A stretch of DNA of 64,000 nucleotides from an uncultured Gemmataceae bacterium (lineage in GTDB: Bacteria; Planctomycetota; Planctomycetia; Gemmatales; Gemmataceae): assembly GCA_963750165.1 (NCBI GenBank), contig CAVVPN010000004.1, positions 448,001 through 512,000 on the forward strand, written 5' to 3'. Positions within the stretch are counted from its first letter, which is position 1, and each line of letters begins with the position of its first letter. A model generated the notes under the pieces. It did no database searches. It had not been told where the DNA came from and saw nothing but the letters and a program-made list of their open reading frames with translations. The position numbers and the translations under genes were made by a program. Shown here in pieces: positions 1 through 11,198 of the stretch.

Positions 1-998
1 GGCAGCTTGTCCCAGTCAGTATTGCTTTTCCGGAAACGCCGCAAGAGGTCGGCCAGCGAGCAGGCGACGAGGAAATACTCCTGCACGAAGCGCAGTCCCT
101 GTCCCAGGGTGGTGGAATCGTCGGGATACAGGACGCGCGTCAGGGATTCCGCGGTGAGTGTCTCCGCCACGGCGCCGACGAAATCGCCCTGGCTAAACTC
201 CTGAAAATCGAAGTAGTCGGGTGCGGCGGCAGCCCAGAGCCGCAGCGTGTTGATGGTCTTGCCGCCGAACCCAACCACGGGACGGTCGAACGGAATGCCG
301 AACAGCGTGGAGGTTTTGCCGAGGATGGCTTGCAAGGTTCCGCCCCGCATGTGGAACGAGCAATTCAGTTTCACCTCGACTTTTTCGAGCGGCCGGGCGA
401 TCTCCCAGGGGTCCGGGCGGCGGAGCCAGTTGTCCGGCTGTTCGTGCTGCCAGCCGTCCTGGATGGTCTGGCGGAACATGCCGTATTCGTACCGCAACCC
501 GTAACCCATGCCGGGCAGCTGCAGGGTGGCCATCGAGTCGAGGAAGCAGGCGGCCAGGCGCCCGAGGCCGCCGTTGCCCAGGCCCGCGTCGGGTTCCTGT
601 TCGAGCAGACCGAGCCAGTCCAGGTGCTTCTGCTGGACGACCTGCCGGGCGAGCGGATCGAGCAGCAGGTTCGTGACGTTGTTGGCCAGGGAACGGCCGA
701 TGAGGAATTCCATCGAGAGATAGTAGACGCGTTTGGGGTTCTCGCGTTCGTGGGTGTCCTCGGTATGCACCCAGCGCTGCGAGAGGACGTCGCGCACGGA
801 GCGGGCAACGGCCTCGAAGCGATCGCGCGGGCTGGCGGCAGCCAGGCTGATGATATTGTCGAACAGCAGGTGCCGCTCATAGAGGGCCTCGTCCGTTCCC
901 GCGAATTGCACCGCGCCACACCCGTATTGCTTGCGGAGCTTCTCCAGTTCGTGGTCGCCGGTTGGCGCCGAGGGGGCTGTTTTTTGTCGGGTACTCAT
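1..998 (-). CDS. glgP: Glycogen/starch/alpha-glucan phosphorylase, N-terminal part (runs off left edge)
   Basis: Manual translation (absent from ORF track): MSTRQKT...VYYLSMEFLIGRSL...EPDAGLGNGGLGRLAACFLDSMATL...GYGLRYEYGMFRQ...VLYPDD...LRFVQEYF; GAAAGGG RBS upstream of ATG 998. Confidence 0.95.
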   Translation of the reverse strand, partial: MSTRQKTAPSAPTGDHELEKLRKQYGCGAVQFAGTDEALYERHLLFDNIISLAAASPRDRFEAVARSVRDVLSQRWVHTEDTHERENPKRVYYLSMEFLIGRSLANNVTNLLLDPLARQVVQQKHLDWLGLLEQEPDAGLGNGGLGRLAACFLDSMATLQLPGMGYGLRYEYGMFRQTIQDGWQHEQPDNWLRRPDPWEIARPLEKVEVKLNCSFHMRGGTLQAILGKTSTLFGIPFDRPVVGFGGKTINTLRLWAAAAPDYFDFQEFSQGDFVGAVAETLTAESLTRVLYPDDSTTLGQGLRFVQEYFLVACSLADLLRRFRKSNTDWDKL

Positions 999-1012
999 TG
1001 TTTTTCCCTTTC

Positions 1013-1252
1013 TCACCGGATCACGGTGCGAGCACTGCCGATGGTTTTACGCTGCTTCCGAGTGGCTCGTCGTGCGAGGTACGTGTGGATGAGGCCGCGC
1101 AGCAGTTGCCCGACCGTCACCCGCTGGGCGGCCGCCACGGCCATCAGTTGCGCAGCCTGCCAGCCGGGCATCAACAACGAACATTCCGCGATCTCCTCGT
1201 TTGTCCAGCACACCTGACCGACTTCCGGCCGGTCGGAAAAACCCTGGTACAT
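1013..1252 (-). CDS. Small hypothetical protein (79 aa)
   Basis: Fills the gap between HdeD and glgP in a co-oriented operon; GAAAGGGG RBS. Confidence 0.55.
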   Translation of the reverse strand: MYQGFSDRPEVGQVCWTNEEIAECSLLMPGWQAAQLMAVAAAQRVTVGQLLRGLIHTYLARRATRKQRKTIGSARTVIR

Positions 1253-1268
1253 GGTGATCCCCTTTCTA

Positions 1269-1850
1269 TCAATCGTGCTGCGTCGTCTCCGGAAGAAGCT
1301 TTCGCTCCGTCAGGGCAATGGCGGACCAGCTGGCTCCGTGACAGAGTATATCGACAGCCAGGCACAGCCCAACAAGCCATAGACCGGCGCCCAGGTGCCA
1401 GCCGATCCACGCGCCGACGCCCAGGAGCAAGGCAATCACACCTGTCAGGACGGTCCAACGCCGGCCGCGTGGCCGCGCCAGCAGCGACCGGGTCAGGCGA
1501 ATCAACCCACCGGCCACCAGGAGGATCGCGACCCAGGCGACCAGGCTGACCACCCCCTGAATGGGATCTGTCATGATGAGGATGCCGAGTACCAGTTCCT
1601 GCACGGCCGCGACGAAATGCAGGATCGCCTCCTTGCCCTGCGCCTTGTACTCGAACAGGGCCCGCAACAGCTGCATGAGACTGCTGACTAGCAACAGCGG
1701 CCCGAACACCAGGAGACTCGTCAGCTGCAAAAGTGTCGCCATGCTGACACCGGAGATGCCGAGAATCAGGAGGAGCCCGCCGAACGCCAGCAACCATTTC
1801 CAGCGGCCGCGGTGTTTCGTCGTCTGCGCTGGGGCCAGGAGTTCTGTCAT
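1269..1850 (-). CDS. HdeD/DUF308-family membrane protein
   Basis: About six hydrophobic segments, W-x-W-LL-x-FG-x-LL N-terminus; 4-nt overlap with upstream gene. Confidence 0.75.
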   Translation of the reverse strand: MTELLAPAQTTKHRGRWKWLLAFGGLLLILGISGVSMATLLQLTSLLVFGPLLLVSSLMQLLRALFEYKAQGKEAILHFVAAVQELVLGILIMTDPIQGVVSLVAWVAILLVAGGLIRLTRSLLARPRGRRWTVLTGVIALLLGVGAWIGWHLGAGLWLVGLCLAVDILCHGASWSAIALTERKLLPETTQHD

Positions 1851-2383
1851 GGGGAGGTCCTCTCGTTGGAATCGGCGGCCAGGGTCGCCTGAATCAATCG
1901 GGCCTGCTCCAGGTCCACGTTGGTCTTGAGCACCGTCCCGCCCAGCCCCTGGATCGCGTGCAGGATCACCTCCATGTCGCCTGCGTCGTCCAGGACGAAC
2001 AGGGCGGAAGTCCCTGGCTTCATCAGTTCCTTCACCTCTCGGACGAAGTCGTCGCCGATGCCGGCGGCCACGGCCGAGGCGGCGGTGCCGGCGCTACCGA
2101 CCAGGGCGCCGACCGCCGCGCCGGTGAGTGGAGCAGCCAGCACCAGGCCCGCGAGGAAGCCCACGGCCGTGCAGGCCAGGATGTTGGCGATCCCCGGGAA
2201 CTGCTTGCGGTCGAGCGTGAACGACCCATCGGGATGCCGCACGACCACCGCGATTTCCAGGAGAATGAGGTACTTGCCGGCCTGGCCGCTGTCCCACCCG
2301 AGCCTGGCGATCACGTCGCGGACCTGATCGGCCTGCTTCATGTCGTCGTAGCCGATGGCCCACAGGTGCGCTTTCGTAGCCAT
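1847..2383 (-). CDS. DUF1269-family membrane protein
   Basis: MATKAHLWAIGYDD, Gly/Ala-rich TM hairpin, GIGDDFVREVKELMKPGTSALFVL; GGAGG RBS before ATG 2383. Confidence 0.8.
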   Translation of the reverse strand: MATKAHLWAIGYDDMKQADQVRDVIARLGWDSGQAGKYLILLEIAVVVRHPDGSFTLDRKQFPGIANILACTAVGFLAGLVLAAPLTGAAVGALVGSAGTAASAVAAGIGDDFVREVKELMKPGTSALFVLDDAGDMEVILHAIQGLGGTVLKTNVDLEQARLIQATLAADSNERTSP

Positions 2384-3333
2384 TGTCGGTCCTCCAATGG
2401 GACAGCCGTTGCTGTCCCCAGTCCTTGTTTCGCGTTCTCGAATAGGTCTACCCACGCGCGGTAGGACGCGGCGATCTGCGCCACCGCGGTGTCGCGCGTA
2501 ATTTTATTGGCGCGGTAGTCAATCAGCGAATCCCAGAAGGTGGACCGGCCAACCGCGAAGCCGATGAAACCGGGAACGCTGGCGGCGGTCGTCAGCCACT
2601 GCCGCACCTGCTGGTCGTCCTCACCGTGGTCCAGAATCATGCAGCCGACCTGATCCCGGCCGCCGCGGCGGCCCGCCGTCACAACCTTGCGACAATCCTC
2701 CTGCCGGTCGATGCCTTCGATCATCCAGACATCCGGCTCGACCCCCGAGTCCTGCAACTCGTGGATGGCCTGGACCATCAGGGTGGGGCGCAATTGCAGG
2801 TCGTAGGCCCTCCTGTCGTTGCCGAGACGCTGCAGTTGGGCCGGCTCCGGAGGCACGAGCAGCTCGAACAGGTACAGTCGGCCGTGCGCGTGCAGGCCGT
2901 CCGACAGCCGCCTCAGACGGGCCGCCTGCCGCCGGTTGCGGGCCCGGTCGCCGCCGGGGTTGTAGCGCACGCGTACCTTGCAGAAGGTCGGATCGAACTG
3001 TTCGAGATGGCGGGTGAAGTCCGAGCTGTACTCGAAGTCAAACTCGTCCTGGCCGCTCTCGTCCGCGGGGCAGGCGGTGATGAATCCCTGTTTCCGGGCG
3101 TCGCGCAGAATGGCCACACCGAACGGCTCGTCCACGAGGACGCCGGCGCGATCCTTTGGCACTCCGCCCGTCACTGCGGCCTTGAACGCATCAAAATTCA
3201 CTTGTTTCAGAGCGATAATATCCTCAGTCTGTTCAGGGCTTAACGGTCCCTGCCAACCGCACAGATTTTTCGAGAATGTGGCCCGGTGGTCAAAGGACAA
3301 CACGTACAGGGGCCGGTCGTAACCGATCGTCAT
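2338..3333 (-). CDS. DUF2090-domain aldolase-like TIM-barrel protein (IolC C-terminal-like)
   Basis: LYVLSFDHR, GVLVDE, KVRVRYNP, LFELLVPP, GVEPDVW, GFAVGRSTFW; C-terminus overlaps next gene by 46 nt. Confidence 0.8.
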   Translation of the reverse strand: MTIGYDRPLYVLSFDHRATFSKNLCGWQGPLSPEQTEDIIALKQVNFDAFKAAVTGGVPKDRAGVLVDEPFGVAILRDARKQGFITACPADESGQDEFDFEYSSDFTRHLEQFDPTFCKVRVRYNPGGDRARNRRQAARLRRLSDGLHAHGRLYLFELLVPPEPAQLQRLGNDRRAYDLQLRPTLMVQAIHELQDSGVEPDVWMIEGIDRQEDCRKVVTAGRRGGRDQVGCMILDHGEDDQQVRQWLTTAASVPGFIGFAVGRSTFWDSLIDYRANKITRDTAVAQIAASYRAWVDLFENAKQGLGTATAVPLEDRQWLRKRTCGPSATTT

Positions 3334-3359
3334 GGCAGCTAACTCCTGACTTGATGATT

Positions 3360-5366
3360 TCAAGATTCATCTGCTTCTTTTCTTTCGAGTGGCCAGCTGT
3401 GCGGCGCGGACGGCTGCCACGGTTGCAGGTCCGGGGGCGGGCTGGGGCCCAGACGATCCAGGCCGGGGGCCGCCTGGTAGATCGCGAAGCCGGCCGGCGG
3501 CAGGGTCATCCGAACGGCAAGCGGCCCGTTCTTGCGCTCCACAGTCAAGGTGGACGGCGGTGGATCAACACGTTTCGGGGCGTACCAGAAGATCAAGTGA
3601 TACTGGTCTCCCTCGACCCGGAAGGTCGGCGCGACCGTCGAGTAGGTGGTGATGGGCTGCGCCTCGTCGGTGTTGACCGCGATCAGGCAGTCCTGATCGC
3701 TAAAGAGGCGTGACCAGGACACGAGCGAGCGCATCCGTTTGCCCAGGCGGTGCGGCAGGCCGAAGGTGACGCCGTCCCCAGAGATGTGATGCAGTGTCTG
3801 CCGGCCGCGTCGCAGCGGCAGCAACTTCTCGCGCAGTTCGATGAGCGCGGCCAGGGCTCGGTACAGGTCGCCGTCCTCGTTGAAGAAGTGGCGGCCCTGC
3901 GTACACAGGCCGCCAAACTGGCCGCCGAACATGCTCTCCCGGAGGACCAGGTCCGAGCCGTTGGGACGGCCGCCGCTGTCGAAGCCCTGTTCCGACCCGT
4001 AGTAGATGCAGGGAATGCCCGCCGTGGTCAACTGCACGGCCATCACGTTGAACGCCAGGTCGCGGAACCGGCTGTCGCCGCAGAAGCGCCACTTGGCGCT
4101 GCCCTTGCGAACCTGATCGTGGTCGTCCACAAGGGTAACTACCTGGTTGCGATACCAGCGGTGCCCGGTCGGATCGTCCAAAACCCAGTTGCGGAACAGC
4201 GAGAAATAATCCACCGGGTCGGTGTAACCCGTGACCATCCGCTCCAGCTTGCCCGGAACGTCGTCGATACCCAGGGCGGCGTCCAGCCCGGTGTTGTGGA
4301 CCACTTCCCAGGCAAGATCGCGGCCGCCCCCCACTTCCCCAACCAGGAGGAAGCGATCCTTGCCGATGCTCTGGGCAAACTCCCGGATCATGTCACAGAA
4401 GGTCCGCAGCGCCTCTGCGCCCATGTGCTTGGCCGCGTCGATGCGGAAACCGTCGAGATCGGCGTAGGCGATCCAGAAGCAGTAGGCGAGTGTCAGGCAG
4501 GCCAGGGCCGAGGAAGCGTGGCGGTACTGCCCTTCCCGCCGCACCCAGAGGTCGAGGGTCTTCAGGCCGAACATGTCCCCCTCGGCGTACTCCGGGTAGA
4601 AGTCCCAGTTCGTGATGTGTCCCTTGCGGAGGAACATGTTTGCTTGCTGGAACTCGCGCGGCCAGATGGCGCCGTCCGGCCAGGCTGCCTCCATTCGGTT
4701 CGGATCAGTGGGATCGAACGGCAAGGTGGGACGGCCCTCGCGATCGTTGAAGCCCTGGACGGCGTAGGGCCTGCCGTCCCAGCGCGGGTCGTTGTACCAC
4801 TGGCCCGTAGCCGGGTCGTGCGTCGTGTAACGATCCGGGTTGTAGCTGAAGACGTTGCCGGTGTGATGGGCGACGATGTCGAGGATGATGTAGATTCCCT
4901 GTGCGTGTGCGGCCTTGACAAAATCGCGGAACTCCGCGCGTGTCCCGAAATGCGGATCCACATCGAGGAAATTCTGAATGCCGTAGCCGTGGTAGCTCGG
5001 CTCAAACGCGACCTGCCGAAAGATGGGGCTGACCCACAGGGCAGTGATGCCGAGTCGCCGCAGGTAGCCGAGTTTGCTCTTCAGCCCTTTGAGTGTCCCG
5101 CCCTGCCAGCCACCACCGGCGCGGAACCAGACCTCGTAATCGACCCGTCCCGGGTTCTCCGGCGTGTACAGGGGAGTGGTTCCCGAGGTCACCGGGCGAC
5201 CCTCACTGTCCCGATAACCGCCGCACTCGTTTCCGTTGGAGAAGCGGTCCAGGAGCAGAAAATAGAAAACCTGATCCTCCCAGGCGGCCGGCGACGGCGT
5301 AAACGACCGCCGGGTCAACCCAGCGAAGTCAATGTCCAGGAGGCTCTTCTCGATCTCGTTGGTCAC
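3360..5366 (-). CDS. GH13 alpha-amylase-family glycoside hydrolase
   Basis: YFLLLDRFSNG, GGTLKG, YHGYGI, LDIVAHH, DGFRIDAAKH, LVGEV, DDHD motifs. Confidence 0.9.
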   Translation of the reverse strand: MTNEIEKSLLDIDFAGLTRRSFTPSPAAWEDQVFYFLLLDRFSNGNECGGYRDSEGRPVTSGTTPLYTPENPGRVDYEVWFRAGGGWQGGTLKGLKSKLGYLRRLGITALWVSPIFRQVAFEPSYHGYGIQNFLDVDPHFGTRAEFRDFVKAAHAQGIYIILDIVAHHTGNVFSYNPDRYTTHDPATGQWYNDPRWDGRPYAVQGFNDREGRPTLPFDPTDPNRMEAAWPDGAIWPREFQQANMFLRKGHITNWDFYPEYAEGDMFGLKTLDLWVRREGQYRHASSALACLTLAYCFWIAYADLDGFRIDAAKHMGAEALRTFCDMIREFAQSIGKDRFLLVGEVGGGRDLAWEVVHNTGLDAALGIDDVPGKLERMVTGYTDPVDYFSLFRNWVLDDPTGHRWYRNQVVTLVDDHDQVRKGSAKWRFCGDSRFRDLAFNVMAVQLTTAGIPCIYYGSEQGFDSGGRPNGSDLVLRESMFGGQFGGLCTQGRHFFNEDGDLYRALAALIELREKLLPLRRGRQTLHHISGDGVTFGLPHRLGKRMRSLVSWSRLFSDQDCLIAVNTDEAQPITTYSTVAPTFRVEGDQYHLIFWYAPKRVDPPPSTLTVERKNGPLAVRMTLPPAGFAIYQAAPGLDRLGPSPPPDLQPWQPSAPHSWPLERKEADES

Positions 5367-6082
5367 GGGAGTGTGTCCTTGGAGTCTGAGGTCTCCAGCT
5401 GTTCAGCGGCCGCGCGGTCGGCGATCACCAGGGCCTGGTCTCGCCGAACCCGCCCGGCCGGAATGGACAGATCGCCGTCGCGCAGGCGTCCGAGCATGTC
5501 AACCTTTTCGCTCCCGGTCACCAGCCACAAAATGCGCCGCGACCGATTGATGATGGGGTACGTCAACGTCATCCGATGTCTCCCCTGATAGACTCCGGTC
5601 AGCGCCACGTCTGCGTCGGTGACATCGAGCACGGGATCACCGGGCACCAGCGAGGCAGTGTGGCCGTCTGGGCCGAGCCCCAGATGAACGAGGTCGAGAA
5701 CTGGCGGCGAGCCGGCAATCTCCTGAAGCGTGAGGGCGTAGCGCGCTGCCGCGGCTTGCAGGTCGGGGTTTTCCACCGACATGGCATGGAGTTGCTCAGG
5801 GCGCAGCGGGACATGCTCCAACAGGCTTTCGCGCACGTGAGTGAGATTTCGATCCGGGTGTCCCTCGGGGGCCACCCGTTCGTCCACCTGGACCACGTGA
5901 ACGTGAGCCCACGGGACATCTTCACCGGCCAGAGCCTGGAGCATGAGCCAGGGCGTGTGGCCGCCGCTGACGGCCAGGATGAAGCGGCCGCGCGCGGCCA
6001 CGGCCGCCCGAGCTTCCGCGGTGATGATCGCCGCTCCCCGACGGGCGACCGCATCGGCATCGGCGAGGACTTCAATGTTCAC
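5363..6082 (-). CDS. pgl: 6-phosphogluconolactonase
   Basis: AVSGGHTP, VDERVAP, LGLGPDGHTASL, RMTLTYP; GTG start at 6082 with AGGAG RBS. Confidence 0.9.
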   Translation of the reverse strand: MNIEVLADADAVARRGAAIITAEARAAVAARGRFILAVSGGHTPWLMLQALAGEDVPWAHVHVVQVDERVAPEGHPDRNLTHVRESLLEHVPLRPEQLHAMSVENPDLQAAAARYALTLQEIAGSPPVLDLVHLGLGPDGHTASLVPGDPVLDVTDADVALTGVYQGRHRMTLTYPIINRSRRILWLVTGSEKVDMLGRLRDGDLSIPAGRVRRDQALVIADRAAAEQLETSDSKDTLP

Positions 6083-6177
6083 TGGAGCGTCTCCTGTCCC
6101 GATTGGGCTGTCACGGTCAGTTTCAGCCTGCGGCAGATGAGGTTTTCTGGACTCCAACAATACGGGACGGCGTTCAT
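6079..6177 (-). pseudogene. 32-codon ORF between gnd and pgl; possible deletion remnant of glucose-6-phosphate dehydrogenase (zwf)
   Basis: AAGGAG RBS, ATG, MNAVPYCWSPENLICRRLKLTVTAQSGQETLQ*; its TGA overlaps the pgl GTG (GTGA); occupies the usual zwf slot. Confidence 0.4.
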
Positions 6178-6198
6178 CGTGCTCTCTCCTTCTCGCCG

Positions 6199-7217
6199 TT
6201 ATTTCCCGGATGGTTTCTCGAGGTGTCCGCCGAACTGGAAGCGCATGGCCGACAGCAGTTTGTCCTGGAAATCCGCTTCGCCGCGCGAGGTGAAGCGTTC
6301 GTACAGCGCCGTGGTGAGCACCGGCACCGGCACCGCCTCGTCGATTGCTGCCTTGATCGTCCAGCGGCCCTCGCCCGAGTCCGACACTCGGCCGGCAAAC
6401 TGGGCGAGTGTGGGATCTTCGACCAGGGCCGTCGCGGTCAGGTCCAGCAGCCACGAGGCGATCACACTGCCGCGCCGCCACACCTCTGCGATGTCACGCA
6501 GGTTGAGGTCGTACTGGTAGTGCTCGGGGTCGCGCAGAGGGGTCGTCTCGGCGTCGATCTCGTGTTGCTGCTTGCCGATGTTGGCGCTCCGCAAGACGGC
6601 CAACCCCTCGGCATAAGCGGCCATGACGCCATATTCGATGCCGTTATGCACCATCTTGACGAAGTGGCCGGCGCCCGAAGGCCCGCAGTGCAGGTAGCCG
6701 CGCTCAGCCGTGCCGCCGATCTTTTCGCGTCTGGGAGTGCGCGGATGTCGCCCGAACCGGGGGCCAGCGTCTGGAAGATCGGATCGAGGCGCTGCACGGC
6801 CTGGTCCGGGCCGCCGATCATCATGCAGTAGCCGCGCTCCAGACCCCAGACGCCGCCGCTCGTCCCCACATCCACGTAGTGAATCCGCTTCGGCGCAAGT
6901 TCCCCGGCCCGGCGGATGTCATCCACGTAGTAGGAATTGCCTCCATCGATGAGCGTGTCCCCTTCCTCAAGATGAGGCAGGAGGTCGGCGATGGTCTGAT
7001 CCACTGCTGCCGCCGGGACCATCAGCCAGATGGCGCGCGGCTTCTCCAATTGCTTCACGAGGTCCGTGAGCGAAGTGGCCCCAACCGCTTTCTCCTCGGC
7101 CAACTCCTTGACTGCCTTCGGTGACCTGTCGAAGACGACGCATTGATGGCCTCCTTTGAGAAGCCGCCGCACCATGTTGGCCCCCATCCGGCCGAGTCCA
7201 ATCATTCCGAGTTGCAT
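6199..7217 (-). CDS. gnd: Decarboxylating 6-phosphogluconate dehydrogenase (short type); 1-nt frameshift near 6743
   Basis: [25 protein letters not shown]; second frame [14 protein letters not shown]...MRFQFGGH; one extra C restores DIPRTP. Confidence 0.92.
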
Positions 7218-7240
7218 GGCTGACTCCTTTTCTCTGCACA

Positions 7241-7839
7241 TCATTCCCACGGTTCATTGACGTAGTTCCACAGACGGATGACTGGTTGGTCGCGGTTGTC
7301 GTGCTCGAAACCGAGCACGCCCACACTGGCGGGACGGCAGAAGAACACCCGTCCGTCGGCCGGCGTCAGACCGTGCCAGCGGGCCGCGATCATGCGGATG
7401 ATGTGGCCGCTGGAGAACGCCAGCACGTCACCGTTGATACTGTGTACCCGGGCGATGAAGCGGTCGGCCCGCGTGGCCAGGTCTTCGGGCGATTCGCCGC
7501 CGGGGCAGCCATCGCGATAGAGTTCCCAGCCGGGCCACTCCTTCAGAACATCATTCGTCCGCTGGCCCTCGAAGCGACCGTAGTCCCACTCGATCAGGTC
7601 GGGATCGACTTCCGCGCCGGCCCCGAAGCCGGCCAACTCGCAGGTCTTCACGGCACGTTGCAAGGGACTGGTGAACACGCGGACAAAGGAGAACTCCCGC
7701 AGTCGCTCCCCCAGCTGCGCGCGTGCTCCTCCCCGCGTTCATTCAGCGGCAGGTCGGTCCGACCCGTGTGCTGATGGGAGTCGGTCCAGGCAGTGTCGCC
7801 GTGCCGGGCGAGATAGAGCTTTGGCAAAGCGGTTGACAT
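7241..7839 (-). CDS. Histidine phosphatase (phosphoglycerate mutase family); 1-nt frameshift near 7718
   Basis: LYLARHGDTAW...HTGRTDLPL, continuing as FTSPLQRA...EWDYG in another frame. Confidence 0.85.
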
Positions 7840-7960
7840 CGATTATCTCCTGTTTCCCACCGCTTGCGGCTGAGCGAAGATGTCTCGCCAATCCGCAACA
7901 TGCTCGTTAAAGGGACAGGGTGAGGTTCGGCCTGTCCCACTCACTCTCGAGATCACTCGG

Positions 7961-8557
7961 TCAAATATCCAGGTGACGAGTATCGTCCCAGAATCGAATC
8001 ACCGGCTGAGAGCGGTTGTCCTCATACCCCAGAGCACTCAGGCTGGCCGGGCACAGGAAATAGAACTTCCCGGCCTCCGGGTCGAGGCCGAGCCAGCGGG
8101 CAGCCAGCACCCGCAGGAAATGCCCGTGCGAGAACAGCAGCACGTTCCCCGCGATGGCCCGCACCTTGCTCACTACCCGGTCGGCCCGGGCGCCGACCTG
8201 TGCCACCGATTCGCCGCCAGGGTAGCCGTCGCGGAACATCTGCCAGTCAGGCCGCTCCTTGAGGATCTCCTTCGTCGTCTTGCCCTCATAGTCGCCGTAG
8301 TCCCACTCAAGCAGGTCTGGATCGACCAGGGCGGCGGTCTTGAAGCCGGCCAGCTCACATGTCCGGGAGGCGCGCTGCAGTGGACTGGTGAAGACCTTGT
8401 CGAAGGTCAGCCCCCGCAGCGGCTGACCGAGCCGGCGCGCGTTGCGCTCGCCGCGCTCGGTCAGCGGCAAATCGATCAATCCCATGTGCTGGCCCGTCAG
8501 GTTCCAGGCCGTCTCACCATGACGCGCCAGGTAAAGAACAGGAAACGTCTCGCTCAC
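7961..8557 (-). CDS. Histidine phosphatase (phosphoglycerate mutase family), paralog 2
   Basis: LYLARHGETAW, FTSPLQRA, EWDYGDYEG, FSHGH; GGAGG RBS before GTG. Confidence 0.9.
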   Translation of the reverse strand: MSETFPVLYLARHGETAWNLTGQHMGLIDLPLTERGERNARRLGQPLRGLTFDKVFTSPLQRASRTCELAGFKTAALVDPDLLEWDYGDYEGKTTKEILKERPDWQMFRDGYPGGESVAQVGARADRVVSKVRAIAGNVLLFSHGHFLRVLAARWLGLDPEAGKFYFLCPASLSALGYEDNRSQPVIRFWDDTRHLDI

Positions 8558-8573
8558 GACCTTCCTCCCTGTG

Positions 8574-11081
8574 TTAGAACGGCCACTTCCAGACCGCAAT
8601 GTCGGGCCGGTCAATGCCGAACCGATAAGCATACTGTTCGCACGCGATCTGCTCATTGGCCAGTTCATCGCGGACGCCGGCCGCGGTGTCGCGCAGACGG
8701 GGGATGCGGTCGATGGCGTCCATGGCCAGGGTGAAGCGGTCGGTCTCGTTGCGGATGGCCAGCTCCAGCGGCGTGTTGATATTGCCGTGCTCCTTGTAGC
8801 CGCGCACGTGGATGTGGTGCTGGTTCGGCCGGCGGTAGGTGAGTCGGTGGATCAGCCCGGGGTAGCCGTGGAAGGTGAAGACCACCGGCCTGTCCGCCGT
8901 GAAGACGGCCTCGAAATCGCGGTCCGTCAGGCCGTGGGGGTGCTCGCTGCTCGGCAGCAGTTTGAACAGGTCCACGACGTTCACGACCCGGACCTTGATG
9001 TCGGGGATGTGCTGCCGCAGCAGGGCGGCGGCGGCCAGACACTCCACCGTCGGCACGTCGCCACAGCTCGCCAGCACCACGTCGGGCTCGACGCCCTGGT
9101 CGTTGCTGGCCCAGTTCCAGATGCCCAGGCCCTTGGTGCAGTGGGCGATCGCCGCCTCCATGTCCAGGAACTGCATGTCTTGCGGCTGCTTGTCCGCGAC
9201 GATGACGTTGATGTAGTTCAGGCTGCGGAAACAGTGGTCACCGACCGAGAGCAGGCAGTTGGCGTCAGGCGGCAGGTAGATGCGCACCACGCTGGGGCTC
9301 TTGTTCGCCACCACGTCGAGGAAGCCGGGATCCTGGTGCGTGAACCCGTTGTGGTCCTGCCGCCAGACCAGGCCGCTGACCAGGATGTTGAGCGAGGAAA
9401 CCTTCTGTCGCCACGGCAACTCGTTGCACTTCTCCAGCCACTTGGCGTGCTGGTTGACCATCGAGTCGATGAGGTGGACGAACGACTCGTAGCTGTTAAT
9501 CAGGCCGTGCCGGCCGCTCAGGAGGTAGCCCTCCAGCCACCCTTCCAGGGTGTGCTCGCTAAGCATCTCCATGACGCGCCCGTCCGGGGCCAGGTGGCCG
9601 CCGTCGGCGTCCTCCGGGAAGTACTCGCCGAGCCACGCCTTCGGGGTGACCTCGTACACGTCATCGAGCTTGTTGGACTGCGACTCGTCCGGCCCGAAGA
9701 GCCGGAAGTTGTCCTGGTTCAGCCGCATGATCTCCCGCATCAGAATGCCGAGGAAGCGGGTGTTGCCGACCTGAGTCGTTCCTGGCTTCTTGACCTCGAC
9801 GCCGAGGGCGCGAAAGTCCGGCATGTCCAGGGATTTGCGGAGCAGACCGCCGTTGGCGACGGGGTTGGCACTCATCCGTCGGATCCCCTTCGGCGGCAGC
9901 GCCCGCAGTTCCGGGATGAGCCGGCCCGCCTGGTCGAAACGCTTTTCCGGCTCGTAGCTGCGCAGCCATTTTTCCAGCAGCTGCAGGTGAGCGGGGTTGG
10001 AGTGGACGTCCGGCAGCGGAATCTGGTGGGCGCGCCAGAAGCCTTCCAGGTAGTGCCCGTCCACCTGCCGCGGAGCCGTCCAGCCCTTGGGACTGCGAAG
10101 GATAATCATGGGCCACCGCGGCCGCTCTGCCTTGCCGCTGCTCCGCGCCCGTTGCTGGATTTTGCGGATCTCCAGAACGGCATGTTCCAGCGTGGCGGCC
10201 ATGGCCTGGTGCATGGTGCGCGGGTCGCTCCCCTCGACGAACAGCGGCGTATACCCGTAGCCGACGAACAGTGCCTCCAGCTCCTCGTGGCTGATGCGGG
10301 CCAGCAGCGTGGGGTTGTTGATCTTGTAGCCGTTGAGGTGCAGCACCGGCAGCACCGCCCCGTCCCGGATCGGGTTGAGCCACTTGTTGCTGTGCCAGCT
10401 CGTGGCCAGGGGGCCAGTCTCGGCCTCGCCGTCGCCCACCACGGTCAGGGCGATCAGGTTCGGGTGGTCGAACACTGCCCCGTAGGCGTGCGAGATGGAG
10501 TAGCCCAGCTCGCCGCCCTCGTGAATGCTGCCGGGCGTTTCGGGGGTGCAGTGGCTGCCGATGCCGCCGGGGAACGAGAACTGCCTGAAGAAACGCTGCA
10601 ATCCGGCCACGTCTTCACTCTTGTCCGGGTAGACCTCGGAGTACGTCCCCTCGAGGTAGGCCTGGGACAGGACCGCGGGTGCCCCGTGCCCGGGCCCAGA
10701 GATGTAGATCGCGTCCAGGTCGTACTTGTTGATCAGCCGGTTGAAGTGGATGTACGTGAACGCCTGGCCGGCGTCCGAGCCCCAGTGGCCCAGCATGCGC
10801 GGCTTGACGTGCTCGATCTTGAGCGGCTCGCGGAGCAGGGGGTTTTCCTGGAGGTACAGCATCCCCAGACACAGGTAGAGGCTGGTCTGCCAGTAGGCGT
10901 CGATCTTTTCCAGTTCCTCGGGGCTGAGCGGAGTGCCTTTGATCGTCGAGCGGGCCGGGCCGTACGCGGAAATCTTCCCGTCAGCGGCCGTGCGAGATTC
11001 CTCAGCGGTACTCGGTGCTGCCGCCGCGGCCTTGCCAGCCTCTCCGGGCTTCCGTTTCACTTCGGTGCTTGCGGGTGTCAT
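8574..11081 (-). CDS. xfp: Xylulose-5-P/fructose-6-P phosphoketolase
   Basis: [55 protein letters not shown]. Confidence 0.96.
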   Translation of the reverse strand: MTPASTEVKRKPGEAGKAAAAAPSTAEESRTAADGKISAYGPARSTIKGTPLSPEELEKIDAYWQTSLYLCLGMLYLQENPLLREPLKIEHVKPRMLGHWGSDAGQAFTYIHFNRLINKYDLDAIYISGPGHGAPAVLSQAYLEGTYSEVYPDKSEDVAGLQRFFRQFSFPGGIGSHCTPETPGSIHEGGELGYSISHAYGAVFDHPNLIALTVVGDGEAETGPLATSWHSNKWLNPIRDGAVLPVLHLNGYKINNPTLLARISHEELEALFVGYGYTPLFVEGSDPRTMHQAMAATLEHAVLEIRKIQQRARSSGKAERPRWPMIILRSPKGWTAPRQVDGHYLEGFWRAHQIPLPDVHSNPAHLQLLEKWLRSYEPEKRFDQAGRLIPELRALPPKGIRRMSANPVANGGLLRKSLDMPDFRALGVEVKKPGTTQVGNTRFLGILMREIMRLNQDNFRLFGPDESQSNKLDDVYEVTPKAWLGEYFPEDADGGHLAPDGRVMEMLSEHTLEGWLEGYLLSGRHGLINSYESFVHLIDSMVNQHAKWLEKCNELPWRQKVSSLNILVSGLVWRQDHNGFTHQDPGFLDVVANKSPSVVRIYLPPDANCLLSVGDHCFRSLNYINVIVADKQPQDMQFLDMEAAIAHCTKGLGIWNWASNDQGVEPDVVLASCGDVPTVECLAAAALLRQHIPDIKVRVVNVVDLFKLLPSSEHPHGLTDRDFEAVFTADRPVVFTFHGYPGLIHRLTYRRPNQHHIHVRGYKEHGNINTPLELAIRNETDRFTLAMDAIDRIPRLRDTAAGVRDELANEQIACEQYAYRFGIDRPDIAVWKWPF

Positions 11082-11198
11082 GGGTCATTCCTCCTGTGGT
11101 CGGCAGCAGGGTCGGTAAGTAATGAGGCCCGGGTCGTGAGTGATGAGCGCTGCCAGCTCTATCAGCCACCACTCGACCGCTCCTCAGCCCGTGTCCTA

